A stretch of 64,000 bases of DNA from Lysobacterales bacterium (GTDB lineage: Bacteria; Pseudomonadota; Gammaproteobacteria; Xanthomonadales; SZUA-5), in NCBI GenBank assembly GCA_022844165.1, contig JALHMH010000005.1, positions 96,001 to 160,000 on the forward strand, given 5' to 3'. The position numbers and the translations under genes were made by a program. Below are positions 39,902-49,675 of this stretch, one piece after another. The notes under the pieces were generated by a model. It saw nothing but the letters and a program-made list of their open reading frames with translations. It made no database searches and had not been told where the DNA came from. Numbering within the stretch: position 1 is the first letter of the stretch; each line of letters opens with the position of its first letter.

Positions 39902-42250
39902 ATGAACAGTTATCGGTGGTTTTTCGTCGGAGTCATGCTCGCTTTGCCGATGCAGGCAATGGGAGAGATCGATGCGCCTGTTGAACGTCACCCATTAGAG
40001 TTGAAGGCCCTCACTGAACCCGATACCGTGCTCGCCCAGCTGCCAGGGGCCATCGTCGAATCCCAAGCCGCCGGACAAACCCGCCAGGTGTTACTGCTGA
40101 ACCTCGCAAAAGCGAATGCCTGCCGCGTTGTCGCCGACTGGCACTGCCAGCGTGACGCTGGCGCCGAAGCGGCACTTGTCGCAGAGAAGATTGGCGAACC
40201 GCTGCTGCAAGTTCGAGGGCTGATCGCTGAAAGCCGAGGCCGCGCCTCGATGCAGGACTATTCGCGCGCCGAACAGCTGTTGGCCAAGGCCGAATCGATA
40301 CTCAGGGCGACGCCATCATCGGAATTGTCGGCCGATGTGATGCTTGCTTATTCGTCCATCAGCTCCGTGATTGGCAAACACGAAATCGCCATTTCGTACG
40401 CCGAACGTGGTCTGGCGCTCCTGAAAGGCGATCACGCCATGCCGATGCAGGCACGTCTTCTGCGCAATCTGGCGTTTTCCAACGGACTGCTGCAGCGCGT
40501 GGGGCTGGCCCGCGACGCAGTGGAGCGCGGGCTGAGGCTGGCCGATCGTATCGGCGACCCAAAGCTGAGCGCCGAACTGCATATCGAGTCGGCACGACTG
40601 GCTCGAATCTCGGGCGACCTCGCAACCGCCGATCGGGATGCGCGCGCGGTTCTTGCACTATCGGAACAGTTGCGGAACACACAGTTGGCCGGTCTGGCCT
40701 TTGAGCTGCTGGGGCTCAACGCAATGGATGCCCGCGACTGGGCCGGCGCACTTGAACAACTCGCGCTTGCGCTGAAGTCGTTTCAACAACTTGGTTTGCA
40801 GCGCGACGAGCTACGCGTCTCACGCGCGATCCTCACGGCCAGTCTCGACTCAGGCGTCCGCATCGAAGAACTGGAGGAGGTGCTTCGACGCTTCCTGGTA
40901 TTGCTCAATCGCATCAACGATCGAGATCGTGCGCAAGCTGCTGACGATTTCGAGGCGCGGGTTCGTTATGCAGAACAACGTTTGGAAATGGTCCGCCTGG
41001 AGAGCGAGGCCGAAGTCGCAAGGGCCGGCACGGAACAACTCAGAGCCGAAGCCAAGGTCAATCGCACCCTGATCGCCCTCTCTTTGATGATTGTCGCTGC
41101 ACTGGCGATGTTCTTCTTGCTGCAACGAAGAGCCAACCGGCGCCTGCGCGCTTCCATCGAGTTGCGTTCGCGAGCGCTCACGCAAACCAGTCATGAGCTG
41201 CGCAACCCCATCGCCGGCATTATCGGGCTGACCGAGTTGCTCGCAAACACGCACTTGTCGCCGCAACAATCGCAAATGATCAAGGCCATTCGCGGCGCTG
41301 GCGGCACCTTGGGAAACCTGGCGCAGGATCTTCTGGATCGCGGGCGTATCGAAGCCGGTCGGCTATCGTTGGCGTTTGAGCCCAGTTCGGTCATATCGAT
41401 CGCACAATCGCTCCATGAGCTGCACCTGCCCATCGCTCGCGGCAAAGGACTAGAGCTGAAGTTATTTTTGTCCGATGACTTGCCGCCGCAAATATCGATC
41501 GATCCGCACCGCCTGCAACAAGTCCTCGCGAACTTGATCGGCAACAGTCTGAAATTCACTTCAAGCGGTGTGGTGACGCTTGCGGTGAGACGGCTCAATC
41601 CGGCACCAGATGGGCGCGTCCGAATCATCTTCTCGGTTTCCGATACCGGTCCTGGGATGGCGGCCGATGAACTACAGACCTTGTTCGAACCGTTCGCTAA
41701 AGGGGCAGCCGGCCACCGACACCGCTCGGGAGCGGGATTGGGCCTGGCCATATCAAATGACCTGGTGACCTTGATGGGCGGAAAACTGACCGTCACCAGC
41801 GAACCGGGCCGCGGCACTGAGTTCAGTTTCCGATTGGACGCGGCAATCGTCGAATCTCCGCCTGGCCCAGTGTCAGCACCGTCCGCCGTGGGCTTGGGCG
41901 TATCTGCCCTGGTTGTCGACGATGACGATGACTGCGCTCTGGTCGTGAGCAGTCATTTGTCGATGCTGGGCTGCAAAGTCGATGTCGCTGGGTCGTCCGA
42001 AGGTGCGATGCAGCGCGTCAACGACGCCAATTACGACCTGATCATGATCGATGTTGAACTGCCCGACGGCCATGGGCCGGATCTGGTTGCGCTGCTTCGG
42101 GCTTTAGGCGAGCGTACTTTGAATGCGCGAATCGCGATTCTATCGGCGCATCAGCCCCCAACCAGACTCCCGGCCGGCGTTGATTTATGGCTGACCAAAC
42201 CAGCACAAATTGAACGGCTTGCCGCGCTGGTTGCCGATGTGAAGCGCTAA
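39902..42250 (+). CDS. Hybrid sensor histidine kinase with periplasmic TPR-like region and receiver domain
   Basis: Signal peptide, helical repeats, one TM, H-box [28 protein letters not shown]; REC with VVDDD, MIDVELP and TKP. Confidence 0.9.
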   Translation: MNSYRWFFVGVMLALPMQAMGEIDAPVERHPLELKALTEPDTVLAQLPGAIVESQAAGQTRQVLLLNLAKANACRVVADWHCQRDAGAEAALVAEKIGEPLLQVRGLIAESRGRASMQDYSRAEQLLAKAESILRATPSSELSADVMLAYSSISSVIGKHEIAISYAERGLALLKGDHAMPMQARLLRNLAFSNGLLQRVGLARDAVERGLRLADRIGDPKLSAELHIESARLARISGDLATADRDARAVLALSEQLRNTQLAGLAFELLGLNAMDARDWAGALEQLALALKSFQQLGLQRDELRVSRAILTASLDSGVRIEELEEVLRRFLVLLNRINDRDRAQAADDFEARVRYAEQRLEMVRLESEAEVARAGTEQLRAEAKVNRTLIALSLMIVAALAMFFLLQRRANRRLRASIELRSRALTQTSHELRNPIAGIIGLTELLANTHLSPQQSQMIKAIRGAGGTLGNLAQDLLDRGRIEAGRLSLAFEPSSVISIAQSLHELHLPIARGKGLELKLFLSDDLPPQISIDPHRLQQVLANLIGNSLKFTSSGVVTLAVRRLNPAPDGRVRIIFSVSDTGPGMAADELQTLFEPFAKGAAGHRHRSGAGLGLAISNDLVTLMGGKLTVTSEPGRGTEFSFRLDAAIVESPPGPVSAPSAVGLGVSALVVDDDDDCALVVSSHLSMLGCKVDVAGSSEGAMQRVNDANYDLIMIDVELPDGHGPDLVALLRALGERTLNARIAILSAHQPPTRLPAGVDLWLTKPAQIERLAALVADVKR

Positions 42251-42288
42251 TCGCCTATGCTCCGCGCGTTTTCCGCCGGAAGCCGACC

Positions 42289-43320
42289 ATGACCCAATCC
42301 GCTCCGATGACCTATCGCGATGCTGGCGTTGATATCGATGCTGGAAATTCGCTGGTTGAGCGCATCAAACCGCTCGTCAAGCGCACGATGAGACCAGAGG
42401 TGCTGGCCGGCGTCGGCGGTTTTGGCGCATCGGTGCGCGTCCCGCTCGAGAAGTACCGAGAGCCCGTGATGGTTTCCGGAACCGATGGCGTCGGGACCAA
42501 ACTGAAGCTGGCGCAGCAACTCGGCCGGCACGACACGATTGGCATCGACCTCGTCGCGATGTGCGTGAACGATGTACTTGTGCAGGGCGCTGAGCCCATT
42601 TTCTTCCTCGATTACTTTGCCACGGGCAAGCTGGATGTAGACGTGGCTGCCAGCGTCGTTGGCGGCATCGCCGCCGGTTGCGCCGAATCTGGTTGTGCAC
42701 TCGTGGGTGGAGAGACGGCAGAGATGCCGGATATGTATCCGCCGGGCGAGTACGATCTGGCGGGGTTCTGTGTCGGTCTGGTCGAGCGCAGCAAGATGCT
42801 CGATGGCTCCAGAGTCCGAGCCGGGCAGGCTCTCGTGGGCATCGAAAGCAGCGGTCCGCACTCAAACGGCTACTCTCTAATTCGCAAGATCCTGGCGCAC
42901 TCGGGCAGTGATCTTTGTACAGATCTTGACGGGCGCACGCTCGCCGATGCGCTGATGGCTCCGACCCGGCTTTACGTGCGGCCCGTTTTGAAATTGTTGG
43001 AGGTCTTACCGGTCGCGGCCATGGCGCACATCACCGGTGGTGGTCTGAGCGAGAACATCGTGCGCGTGATTCCCAACGGCCTTTGTATCGAGGTGGACGC
43101 CTCAGCGTGGCACATGCCGCCCGTATTCGCCTGGCTCCAGGCGCAGGGAAACGTTGAACGCAGCGAAATGTGGCGCACGTTCAACTGTGGAATCGGCTTT
43201 GTCCTGGTGCTTGACGAAACGTCTGTTGCGACGGCAATCGAGATGTTGGCTACCGATGGCCTTGCCGCGTGGCGAATCGGCAGCGTCACCACTGGCGCCG
43301 AACGGATCATGATTCGCTGA
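42289..43320 (+). CDS. purM: Phosphoribosylformylglycinamidine cyclo-ligase
   Basis: [48 protein letters not shown]. Confidence 0.97.
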   Translation: MTQSAPMTYRDAGVDIDAGNSLVERIKPLVKRTMRPEVLAGVGGFGASVRVPLEKYREPVMVSGTDGVGTKLKLAQQLGRHDTIGIDLVAMCVNDVLVQGAEPIFFLDYFATGKLDVDVAASVVGGIAAGCAESGCALVGGETAEMPDMYPPGEYDLAGFCVGLVERSKMLDGSRVRAGQALVGIESSGPHSNGYSLIRKILAHSGSDLCTDLDGRTLADALMAPTRLYVRPVLKLLEVLPVAAMAHITGGGLSENIVRVIPNGLCIEVDASAWHMPPVFAWLQAQGNVERSEMWRTFNCGIGFVLVLDETSVATAIEMLATDGLAAWRIGSVTTGAERIMIR

Positions 43321-43883
43321 TGCGCCTGGCTGTTCTGCTGTCCGGTCGCGGCAGCAATTTACAGGCATTGATCGATGCCGCCCGTGTCGATTTGCCCGTT
43401 GAAATCGTGCTGGCGATGAGCGACCGCCCGTGTGCCGGAATCGATCTTGCACGCACGGCTGGATTGAAGGCCGTGATCGTCGATCGAAGTGCCTGTTCGT
43501 CGAAAGACCAGTTCGAATCCGCCCTGAATTCGCACCTAGCTGCGATCGAGCCGGATCTGATTGTCCTGGCTGGGTTCATGCGAGTGCTGAGCGCCAAGTT
43601 TGTGGCGCCATGGGCGAACCGGATCATCAACATTCACCCATCGTTGTTGCCCAAGTACCCGGGCTTAGATACCCACGTACGCGTTCTGGCCAACCAGGAT
43701 GCCGAACATGGCGCCACTGTGCACTATGTGACTGCCGAACTCGATGCCGGCCCACCGCTTGCGCAGGTTCGGATGCCGGTGCTGCCCGGCGACACACCAC
43801 AATCCCTCGCCGCACGGCTGTTGCCGTTGGAACATCGACTGCTTGTCGATGTTGTTGGGCAACTGGCGGCCAATCGTCGCTGA
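43320..43883 (+). CDS. purN: Phosphoribosylglycinamide formyltransferase
   Basis: SGRGSNLQAL, LAGFMRVL, NIHPSLLPKYPGL, GATVH, LDAGP. Confidence 0.96.
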   Translation: MRLAVLLSGRGSNLQALIDAARVDLPVEIVLAMSDRPCAGIDLARTAGLKAVIVDRSACSSKDQFESALNSHLAAIEPDLIVLAGFMRVLSAKFVAPWANRIINIHPSLLPKYPGLDTHVRVLANQDAEHGATVHYVTAELDAGPPLAQVRMPVLPGDTPQSLAARLLPLEHRLLVDVVGQLAANRR

Positions 43884-43941
43884 CAATTCTGTACCAGCGT
43901 TCATTGAGTCGGTCCAAATAAACGTACTTCAACGCAAGTTC

Positions 43942-44694
43942 ATGCCCTCATTGGTGAAATCAACGCATCGTCACTGCCGGGCCAAGATCATGCAGGCCGC
44001 CATGTTGTTTCTAGGTCTCGTTACAACCGCCTCCTTCGCGTCGGAGCCTTTTTCAGCCGGCTTTGATGTTTCGCGAAACGGCAAGGCCCTCGGCACGATG
44101 GAAATGTCCTTGACCGAGACCACGCCCGGCAACCTTGAGTTTGTGAGCCGTTCCGAAGGAACTGAGGGCATGGCTGGCCTGCTCGCCGCAACAATCGAAG
44201 AACGCTCTTGGCTGCGCCGCAGCGAATTTGGTTTTGCGACGATTCGCTATCGGTACGTTCAGAAAATGGTCGGACGCAAGCGCGAACGCGCGTTGGACAT
44301 CACCGACGATGGCAAGATTGTTGAGAGCGAACGCGATGATCAATGGAACTACCGAGCATCTGGGGATGTGCTGGACCGTCATGCAGCGGTTCTAGGCGTC
44401 GCCAAAAAGCTGGCGGCGGGCGCCAGCAAGGGCTCAGTCTTGTCGATCGATGTGGCTATGCGCGGTGAGGTAGAGGCATGGCGGTTCCTTGTCGTGGGTC
44501 ATGAAACAGTGCAAACCAGCTATGGCGAGGTCGATGCCGTACGAGTGGAACGCATTCGCGCCAACGCCAATCGCCACACCGTCAGCTGGCATTCGCCGCG
44601 GCACAGCTTTATGCCCGTCAAAGTCGAACAGACGGAACCGGATGGGGAGCTTTTGACCACGGTTCTAAAACGCTTTGCGTCAGTGTCGCAGTAA
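43942..44694 (+). CDS. DUF3108-like exported protein
   Basis: Signal-like N-terminus, beta-rich, ETVQTSYGEVDAVRVER, W.SP...PVKV; follows purMN. Start uncertain (43942 or 43990). Confidence 0.7.
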   Translation: MPSLVKSTHRHCRAKIMQAAMLFLGLVTTASFASEPFSAGFDVSRNGKALGTMEMSLTETTPGNLEFVSRSEGTEGMAGLLAATIEERSWLRRSEFGFATIRYRYVQKMVGRKRERALDITDDGKIVESERDDQWNYRASGDVLDRHAAVLGVAKKLAAGASKGSVLSIDVAMRGEVEAWRFLVVGHETVQTSYGEVDAVRVERIRANANRHTVSWHSPRHSFMPVKVEQTEPDGELLTTVLKRFASVSQ

Positions 44695-44711
44695 GCGGGC
44701 ACGCGCTGCGT

Positions 44712-45257
44712 TCACTCGACGATAACGCTCCTGGCAGCTATATCGCTGCCCTGCCCTTTCACCAGCCCCTTAACGACCTGAAACAGGCTCCGCTGTGCGC
44801 TTGGCGCGCGGCTTGTCTTGATCTCCAGGTGGGCCTGGCGGACCAACTGCCGGAGATGATGGCGATCAGCAGCGGGGAACTGAGCGACAAGCTGGTTCAA
44901 TGCATCGTCCCCCTCTTCGATCAGGCGTTTGCGCCAATCTTCGATCAGGTGCAGCTCTGCCGTTTCTTTGCGACGTTCCTCAATGGGCTGATCGACAACG
45001 GCACGAATCGGATCCAGATCTTCGATTTTTCGCAACTTTTTCGCCAGGAAATGCACCTGACGTTTATGCGCAATGTGCGATGTGATGCGCTGAGCATCCT
45101 TCACTGCGTCCAGGATCGACTCCTCCAGAGGTACGCGTTTTAGTTGCGATGCCGTCATTGCAACCAACTTTTCCGCCAACTCCAATACGCCCAGAGCGTC
45201 TCGACGACGCTGACTGCGCGAGGGTTCATCGAATTGCTCGTTCTCATCGTCTCGCAT
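44712..45257 (-). CDS. yjgA: Ribosome-associated protein YjgA/DarP (DUF615)
   Basis: PSRSQRRRD, AHKRQ..FLAK.LR, H.IE.WR.RLI..GD.AL, DR..LRQL.R; divergent from pmbA as in E. coli. Confidence 0.92.
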   Translation of the reverse strand: MRDDENEQFDEPSRSQRRRDALGVLELAEKLVAMTASQLKRVPLEESILDAVKDAQRITSHIAHKRQVHFLAKKLRKIEDLDPIRAVVDQPIEERRKETAELHLIEDWRKRLIEEGDDALNQLVAQFPAADRHHLRQLVRQAHLEIKTSRAPSAQRSLFQVVKGLVKGQGSDIAARSVIVE

Positions 45258-45297
45258 CGCGTAGCCTTGCGTTCTTCCCGGATGCCGAACAATAGCG

Positions 45298-46680
45298 ATG
45301 AATGCGATGCTTGCCGAACCTTCTTTGGCGCCACCGACCCAAGCCCTCGACGATTTGTCTACCGTTGCCGCGGACGCCGTTCGTCAGTGCCAATCCCGCG
45401 GCGCCGACCAGGTCGAGGTCAGTGTTTCGGTCGAGCAGGGCCTGAGCGTCAACGTGCGCCTCGGCGACGTCGAGACCTTGGAACACACCAAAGACCGGGG
45501 CCTGTCGTTGACGGTGTACATTGGCGGACGCAAAGGGTCCGCCAGCACAGCGGATCTGAAACCGGCGTCGCTGCGCATGACCATCGAACAAGCGCTGGCG
45601 ATCGCCCGGCACACCGAAATCGACGCCGCTGCCGGTTTGGCCGATGCCGCAGAGATGGCTCAGACCTTCCCCGATCTCGATTTGTGGCACCCATCCAGAA
45701 TAAGTGCAGACCAGGCGATCGAGCTTGCGCTTCGCTGCGAAGCGGCGGCGCTGAGCGACCCGCGGATCCGCAATAGCGAAGGCGCCGGCGTCTCCGTGTC
45801 GCGCGCTTACGGGATTTACGCCAACAGTCACGGATTCGTTGGCCGTGAGATGGGTACGCGGCACTCGTTGCAATGCTCCGTGTTGGCCGGGCCGGACGAA
45901 GCGATGCAGCGCGACTACCACTATAGCCTCGGACGTGGTTTCGATGAGTTGATGGACGCCGAAGCGCTCGGCCGGGAAACCGCACGGCGCACGATCGCGC
46001 GAATCGGGGCTCGCTCTCTTGCGCCGCAAAAAACACCGGCAATCCTCGATGCGGAAGTTGCGCGCGGCTTCTTTGGACACTTGGTCAGCGCGGTCAGCGG
46101 CGGCTCACTGTACCGTAAGGCGAGTTTCTTACTGGATGCGGTTGGGCAGTCGATTTTCCCGTCATGGATGCAAATAACCGAGGCGCCGCGCCTGCGTCGC
46201 GCCCTGGGTTCTGCCGTATTCGACGACGATGGTCTGGCCACTCGCGAACAAGCGCTGGTTGAGCATGGCGTGTTGACACGCTACGTGTTGTCGACTTACT
46301 CGGCGCGGAAGCTTGGACTCCGCTCGACTGCCAACGCGGGCGGCATCCACAACCTGATCGTGACTCCGAATGCAGGTTCGTTGGACGAGTTGTTTCGCGC
46401 CATGGGCCGCGGCCTTTACGTCACCGAACTGCTTGGACAAGGTGTCAGCCTCATCACGGGCGACTACTCGCGGGGCGCTGCTGGCTATTGGATCGAGAAC
46501 GGCGAGATCGCCTATCCAGTGCATGAGATCACCATCGCCGGCAATTTGCGCCAGATGTTCTCCGATCTGATTGCCGTCGGCTCCGATGTCGACCTGCGCG
46601 GCAACATCCGTACCGGACCGGTTTGGCTCGCACAATTGAGCATTGCCGGACAAAGCGCAGAGGACCTGAGCGATGACTGA
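45298..46680 (+). CDS. pmbA: Metalloprotease subunit PmbA/TldE
   Basis: VRLGDVETLE, KGSAST, MQRDY, YRKASFL, GQGVSLITGDYSRGAAG, EITIAGNL. Confidence 0.94.
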   Translation: MNAMLAEPSLAPPTQALDDLSTVAADAVRQCQSRGADQVEVSVSVEQGLSVNVRLGDVETLEHTKDRGLSLTVYIGGRKGSASTADLKPASLRMTIEQALAIARHTEIDAAAGLADAAEMAQTFPDLDLWHPSRISADQAIELALRCEAAALSDPRIRNSEGAGVSVSRAYGIYANSHGFVGREMGTRHSLQCSVLAGPDEAMQRDYHYSLGRGFDELMDAEALGRETARRTIARIGARSLAPQKTPAILDAEVARGFFGHLVSAVSGGSLYRKASFLLDAVGQSIFPSWMQITEAPRLRRALGSAVFDDDGLATREQALVEHGVLTRYVLSTYSARKLGLRSTANAGGIHNLIVTPNAGSLDELFRAMGRGLYVTELLGQGVSLITGDYSRGAAGYWIENGEIAYPVHEITIAGNLRQMFSDLIAVGSDVDLRGNIRTGPVWLAQLSIAGQSAEDLSDD

Positions 46681-47617
46681 TTGCCGACTTGTCATTCACG
46701 GCGGTGCCGGTGTCATCGATCGAGCTTCGCTGAGCGCGAACCGTGAGGCGCAATTCCGACAGGCGCTGCAGGACATCGCCGCTGCTGCGTTCGAGCGACT
46801 GACATCGGGCGCCAGCGCGCTGGAGGTGGTCGAGTCCGCAGTGATGGCGCTGGAGGACTTTCCGCTGTTCAATGCGGGCCATGGCGCGGTACTGAATGCC
46901 GACGGCATCGCCGAACTCGACGCTTCGATCATGGACGGCGCAACACGCAGCGCCGGTGCGGTCGCCGCCGTTCGTACATCGCGCAATCCAGTCCAGCTGG
47001 CGCGCGCGGTGATGGCCCAAACCGAACATGTGTTGTTGGCAGGCGAAGGCGGCGACCGGCTCGCCGCCGAGCTTGGTTTGCCGCAAGTGGAGGGCGCCTA
47101 CTTCGTCACCAAGGAACGCGCGCATCAGCAAGCGCTTGCCGCACGCCTTGGCAAAGTGACGCTCGACCATGACTCGGCTTACAACGGTCCGGCGCCCAAC
47201 GACAAGAGTGGCACCGTCGGCGCCGTTGCTCGTGATATGTGTGGCCATCTGGCCGCTGCCACTTCCACGGGCGGCATGACCAACAAACGCGCTGGTCGCT
47301 GTGGCGACACGCCGATCATCGGCGCTGGCACCTGGGCCGATGATGACAGCTGCGCAGTCTCGGCGACCGGCCACGGCGAGTATTTTATGCGCACGGTTCT
47401 CGCTTACGATGTGCACGCTCGCTTGCGCTACGGCGGTCAGTCTCTGATCGATGCGGGCAACGCCGCGCTGGCCAGCGTCGCGGCTCTGGGCGGTACGGGC
47501 GGCCTGATCGCAGTGGATCGATATGGCGAAATCGCAATGCCATTCAATAGCGAAGGCATGTATCGCGCCTGGGTCGGCGCCGACGGTTTGGTGAACGTTG
47601 CGATCTACACAAATTGA
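46673..47617 (+). CDS. iaaA: Isoaspartyl peptidase / L-asparaginase (Ntn hydrolase)
   Basis: IHGGAG, LED.PLFNAG.G, DASIMDG, GTVGAVA (Thr nucleophile), ATSTGG, GDTPIIGAG, TGHGE, FNSEGMYR. Confidence 0.93.
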   Translation: MTDCRLVIHGGAGVIDRASLSANREAQFRQALQDIAAAAFERLTSGASALEVVESAVMALEDFPLFNAGHGAVLNADGIAELDASIMDGATRSAGAVAAVRTSRNPVQLARAVMAQTEHVLLAGEGGDRLAAELGLPQVEGAYFVTKERAHQQALAARLGKVTLDHDSAYNGPAPNDKSGTVGAVARDMCGHLAAATSTGGMTNKRAGRCGDTPIIGAGTWADDDSCAVSATGHGEYFMRTVLAYDVHARLRYGGQSLIDAGNAALASVAALGGTGGLIAVDRYGEIAMPFNSEGMYRAWVGADGLVNVAIYTN

Positions 47618-48882
47618 GCGACCGTGTGAAAGGATCCGAACACAACCACACGCCCTGCAGCGCCGGCGATTTCATCGGCGCTTTGTAACGCATGTTCAGG
47701 ATTGACGGCTGATTCGGCAGTGATTGACAAGGCCCGCAGTCGCGACGCCAATTCTTCGGGACTCACAGCGCGCGGATTCGGACGAAGATCAACCGTTATC
47801 CACTGGGCAAACGCACCGCGCAGCGGCTCAACAATACCGACCAGGTCTTTATCCCCAAGCGCAGCAAAAACCGCCACAGATCTGGCTGGCGGCAACGTCG
47901 CCAGCCACGCCGCCAGGGTACGCGCTGACTCGGGGTTGTGCGCCACATCCGCCCAGGTCTCGGTGGTTCGGTTCAAGCGCTGCAGGCGACCTGGCAACTC
48001 AACGCCGCGCAGTCCATCGGTGACGTGCTTTTGCGAAACAGGCAAACGATCGGCAAGCAGTCTTGTTGTCATCACCGCGCAACTCGCGTTACGGAGTTGG
48101 CAGGGCGCAATCAGCGCAGGAAGCGGCAGTGTCCAATTGAAATCGTGACCACCGCAGTCGATCGACGGCCCTTCGCCTGAGAATTGGAATTGCCACTCTC
48201 GCGCATCAATTCGAGCGGCTGTGAACTCGGAGCCGTATCGATAGACAACCGCACCGATTTGTCCGGCCACCTGCAATACCGATGATGGCAGGCTCGGTTC
48301 TCCGATCACCGCAGGCCGCCCGATCCGAAAAATATGTGCCTTCTCCCAACCGATTTTTTCGCGTGTATCGCCCAGATAATCTTGATGATCCAGATCGACG
48401 CTGGTCAGAATGGAGACGTCGCCGTCGATCAGATTGACCGCATCGAGACGACCGCCGAGACCGATTTCGAGAATCGCGACATCAAGGCGCGCGTTTTCCA
48501 GATGGACAAAAGCTGCCAGGGTGCCGAACTCGAAATAGGTCAAAGAGACCGCACCGCGCGCTCTTTCGACGCGCTCAAATGCCTCGCACAGCGCAGCATC
48601 GGCGATATCGTCGCCGTCCACGCGGATGCGCTCGTTGTATCGGCGTAAATGGGGCGACGTATAACAGCCGACGCGGTAGCCGCCATTGCGGTACATCGCG
48701 GCCAACATGGCGACCGTCGAGCCCTTGCCATTGGTCCCGCCGACGACCACACATATGGGCGCAGGGCGTGGCCGGCCAAGTGTGTCCCAAACCGATCTCA
48801 CACGATCCAGGCCAAGATCGATGGTCTTCGAATGGCGCGATTCGAGCGACGTCAACCAGGCATCAACCGTCAACTGCAACAC
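47605..48882 (-). CDS. folC: Bifunctional dihydrofolate/folylpolyglutamate synthase
   Basis: IDLGLDR, GTNGKGST, YTSPHL..YNERIR, LTYFEFGTLAA, EIGLGGRLDAVN, DVAHNP, FGSFHTV; GGAGG RBS before GTG 48882. Confidence 0.95.
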   Translation of the reverse strand: MLQLTVDAWLTSLESRHSKTIDLGLDRVRSVWDTLGRPRPAPICVVVGGTNGKGSTVAMLAAMYRNGGYRVGCYTSPHLRRYNERIRVDGDDIADAALCEAFERVERARGAVSLTYFEFGTLAAFVHLENARLDVAILEIGLGGRLDAVNLIDGDVSILTSVDLDHQDYLGDTREKIGWEKAHIFRIGRPAVIGEPSLPSSVLQVAGQIGAVVYRYGSEFTAARIDAREWQFQFSGEGPSIDCGGHDFNWTLPLPALIAPCQLRNASCAVMTTRLLADRLPVSQKHVTDGLRGVELPGRLQRLNRTTETWADVAHNPESARTLAAWLATLPPARSVAVFAALGDKDLVGIVEPLRGAFAQWITVDLRPNPRAVSPEELASRLRALSITAESAVNPEHALQSADEIAGAAGRVVVFGSFHTVAQFV

Positions 48883-48967
48883 TTCGCGCGCGCCTCCCAG
48901 GCGTGATTCAGGCTCGGATTTTACGGTACGATGCCAAGGCAATCGTTCGGCGTTGGAGCATCAGGTG

Positions 48968-49542
48968 ATGGGAACCGCTCAACCTGCGCCACGAATGTCT
49001 GTTGAGGAGTACCTGACTCGCGAAGCTCAGAGCGATGTGCGTCACGAGTATGCCGCCGGACCGGTCTTTGCGATGACCGGCGGTAGCCGTGCGCATAACC
49101 TGATTTCGGGCAACTTCTACGCATTGAGTCGAAAAAAGGCCAGCGAATCTGGTTGCGATGCCTTCATCAGCGATATGCGCGACGCACGGGTGAGGTGCTG
49201 TACTACCCGGATGTCGTAGTCGGCTGCGAAAGCGCCGATGATCACAAATTTTATTTGACCCAGCCCCGCCTGATCGCGGAAGTGCTCAGCGAGTCTACGG
49301 AACGTATCGATCGGGGCGAAAAGCTCTACAACTATCGCCAGATCACAACGCTCAAGAACTATCTGCTGATCGCTCAAGACCGTATTCATATCGATCTTTA
49401 TCGCCGTCGCGGCGAATCATGGCTGCACGAGAGCTACGTGCGTGCCAAAGACGTGATCGACCTCGATTGTCCAGCATTGGCGGTGCGGGTCAGCGAAATT
49501 TATGATCGTGTGCCTGGCATTGATCTCGAATCGGGTGATTGA
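48968..49542 (+). pseudogene. Uma2-family (DUF820) PD-(D/E)xK endonuclease with a frameshift near 49181
   Basis: Frame 1: MSVEEYL..E..SDVRHEY..G.VFAMTGGS.AHN.I. Frame 2: YYPDVVV.C, LIAEVLSESTERIDRGEK..NY. One missing base (cgc ga cgc) joins them as DMRxRTGEVLYYPD. Confidence 0.82.
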
Positions 49543-49675
49543 ATTCGACAAAAGTTGGTTTGTCGTCGCTGGTACTTGGTCCATAATCGCAACACGCACG
49601 CATTCGTTGCGCCGCCGAGGCGATTGACGCGCTGCGGCATCCAGTTTGACCATCGCAGCCCCTCTCGGAGACCTT

